Positions 45,842-47,213 of a stretch of 47,213 nucleotides of DNA are shown here, piece by piece. Source of the stretch: Cryomorphaceae bacterium (lineage in GTDB: Bacteria; Bacteroidota; Bacteroidia; Flavobacteriales; BACL11); assembly GCA_014384505.1 (NCBI GenBank), contig JACNFT010000055.1:1-47213 (forward strand). Direction: 5' to 3'. The notes under the pieces are model-generated. The model had not been told where the DNA came from. It ran no database searches and saw only the letters and a list, made by a program, of their open reading frames with translations. Made by a program: the position numbers and the translations under genes. Numbering within the stretch: position 1 is the stretch's first letter; every line of letters starts with the position of its first letter.

Positions 45842-46390
45842 ATGAAAAATATCTTTAAAATATCAACAGTATTGTTTATAGGAGTATCTCTTGTTGTTTC
45901 TTCTTGTAAGAAAGAAGAAGTGCTTATTGATGGTTGTACTGATATTACTGCTATGAATTATAAAGATCTAGCAACTAATAATGATGGAAGTTGTGAGTAT
46001 GCTTATGATAACGCTCAAGGGTTATGGAGTATTTTCTCTGTATGTGATGATCTTGTTATTAGTATTCCTTTAGTAGGAGATTTTCCAGTTCCATTAAATG
46101 ATATGTTTCCTGAATCTATTGAGATAACAGGTGAGGAATATGGAGTTGTTTCTATGGATATAAGTGGAGAAAATGTGTTGGCTGATGTTTCTTATGATGG
46201 AGCCGTTACTATTCAGGATGATCAAAAAATTTCACTTGATACAGGAGACTTTGGTGTGGTTGATGTTGATATTACAGGTTCTGGAAAAATTGAAACTGCG
46301 ACAAATGGAGATTTAACATTGAATCTTGCATTTGATGTTCCTTTAGCAGGCACCCAAACTTCATCTTGTGAAATAACATTTTCAAAATAA
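45842..46390 (+). CDS. secreted lipoprotein (hypothetical) with N-terminal GCTD..A.NY...DGSCEY motif
   Basis: 182 aa. Lipobox VVSSC, then an acidic beta-rich body. Followed by a strong terminator. Confidence 0.65.
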   Translation: MKNIFKISTVLFIGVSLVVSSCKKEEVLIDGCTDITAMNYKDLATNNDGSCEYAYDNAQGLWSIFSVCDDLVISIPLVGDFPVPLNDMFPESIEITGEEYGVVSMDISGENVLADVSYDGAVTIQDDQKISLDTGDFGVVDVDITGSGKIETATNGDLTLNLAFDVPLAGTQTSSCEITFSK

Positions 46391-46410
46391 AAAAGTATAT
46401 ATATTTAAAT

Positions 46411-46434
46411 AGCCCTTGAAAAAGGGCTTTTTTT
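46411..46434 (+). terminator. Rho-independent terminator
   Basis: agccctt-gaaa-aagggct hairpin followed by T7, immediately before the next ATG. Confidence 0.8.
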
Positions 46435-47213
46435 ATGAAAAAAAAGACGATAATATTATTCTTTATTGCTTTTTCCTTTTTAGGAACAGCACAAGAGTAT
46501 AGTAGAAAAGATTCTTTGAGAGGAAATCTTACCGAACTCAGGACTTGTTTTGATGTAACTTTTTATGACTTATCTGTAATGGTTGATGAAAAGGAAAAAT
46601 CTTTAGAAAAATCGTATAACATTATTTATTTTACTGTTGTTTCTGACTTTGATAAAATGCAAATTGATTTATCTCAGAACATGGAGGTGATACGAATTGA
46701 GTTTGAACAGAAGGAACTTGAATATAGTCGTGAGTTTGATGCAATCTATATTGATTTCCCAAGAGTACTTAAAAAAGGAGAACAAGCCAATATTAAGGTC
46801 TTGTACAGTGGCTATCCTAGGGAAGCGGTAAATGCACCATGGGATGGAGGTTTTTCTTGGAAAAAAGATGATAATGGAAATCCTTGGATTGGAGTTTCTT
46901 GTCAAGGTTTAGGAGCTAGTGTTTGGTGGCCATGTAAAGATCATCAATCTGATGAGCCAGATAGTATGCGTATTACCTGTACAGCTCGTTACCCTTCAAA
47001 AATTGTTTCAAATGGGGATTTAAGAAAAGATACTTCAGAATGGAATCAGTATTTTAACTCTTGGGTAAATGTTAGTGAATGGTTTGTTTCCTATCCTATT
47101 AACAATTATAATGTAACGTTAAATATTGGAGATTATGAGCATTTTTCTGAAGCGTATATTTCAGAAAAAGATACTTTGCGTATGGATTATTATGTCTTAC
47201 ATGATAATTTAGA
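46435..47213 (+). CDS. M1-family metallopeptidase (aminopeptidase N-like), N-terminal part; runs off the window
   Basis: Not in the ORF track because there is no stop before the window end. Manual translation from the ATG at 46435 is open for 259 codons. It starts MKKKTIILFFIAFSFLGTAQ (signal) and includes RGNLTELRTCFDVTFYDL and GLGASVWWPCKDHQSDEPDSM, typical of the Bacteroidota M1 N-domain. Confidence 0.75.
   Translation, partial: MKKKTIILFFIAFSFLGTAQEYSRKDSLRGNLTELRTCFDVTFYDLSVMVDEKEKSLEKSYNIIYFTVVSDFDKMQIDLSQNMEVIRIEFEQKELEYSREFDAIYIDFPRVLKKGEQANIKVLYSGYPREAVNAPWDGGFSWKKDDNGNPWIGVSCQGLGASVWWPCKDHQSDEPDSMRITCTARYPSKIVSNGDLRKDTSEWNQYFNSWVNVSEWFVSYPINNYNVTLNIGDYEHFSEAYISEKDTLRMDYYVLHDNL

Noticed and set aside
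22356-46905. Track ORFs 22356..22685, 22658..22891, 27158..27400, 27907..28176, 28576..28797, 34355..34579, 34918..35217, 35332..35610, 36062..36250, 39306..39491, 39873..40103, 40553..40741, 41273..41476, 43641..44015, 46669..46905
   Set aside because: Each lies antisense to or nested within a confidently assigned gene. The last is antisense to the partial M1 peptidase ORF that the track omits.

Overview
AT-rich chromosomal segment, most likely from a Bacteroidota (Flavobacteriia-like) genome. Lineage markers are a T9SS type-A C-terminal sorting domain, TAnnTTTG -7 promoter boxes, bshA, DUF1573, a PUR-like DUF3276 protein and the nusB-DUF1573-yajC-YbbR string. I call about 51 protein-coding genes, densely packed. 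One is a 5'-partial M1 peptidase gene at the right edge that the ORF track misses. I see no rRNA, tRNA, CRISPR array, integrase, transposase, prophage or recognisable defence genes. The outer parts are housekeeping: mutL plus two rhomboid genes, and a dnaA-led minus-strand operon (dnaA, LMW-PTP, rsmI-like, ftsB-like, fused methylmalonyl-CoA mutase). Also housekeeping are rlmD, tsaC, coaE, rocD and rpmB. The accessory-looking core (19.7-34.3 kb, all plus strand) holds three envelope modules. (1) A TonB-dependent receptor, an internally duplicated Cys-rich lipoprotein and an HmuY-like lipoprotein, preceded by a trinucleotide microsatellite. (2) Three unknown small or membrane proteins and an OmpR/HK pair, packed tightly against a rhodanese / TauE / persulfide-dioxygenase-rhodanese / methyltransferase sulfur module. 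(3) A T9SS-secreted propeller protein, a HYC_CC_PP-like Cys-rich membrane protein, a TonB-dependent receptor and a variant periplasmic HMA protein. I rank module 3 as the best candidate for an uncharacterised (metal-capture/import?) system. Other oddities are a MutL with degenerate endonuclease motifs and an in-frame 12-bp x3 repeat, and a 7-bp/21-bp tandem repeat array in an intergenic region. There is also a single-polypeptide MutA-like/MutB mutase fusion and a split 5'-nucleotidase with Sec-lipoprotein versus Tat signals. All family assignments come from motif recognition by eye; no database search was run.
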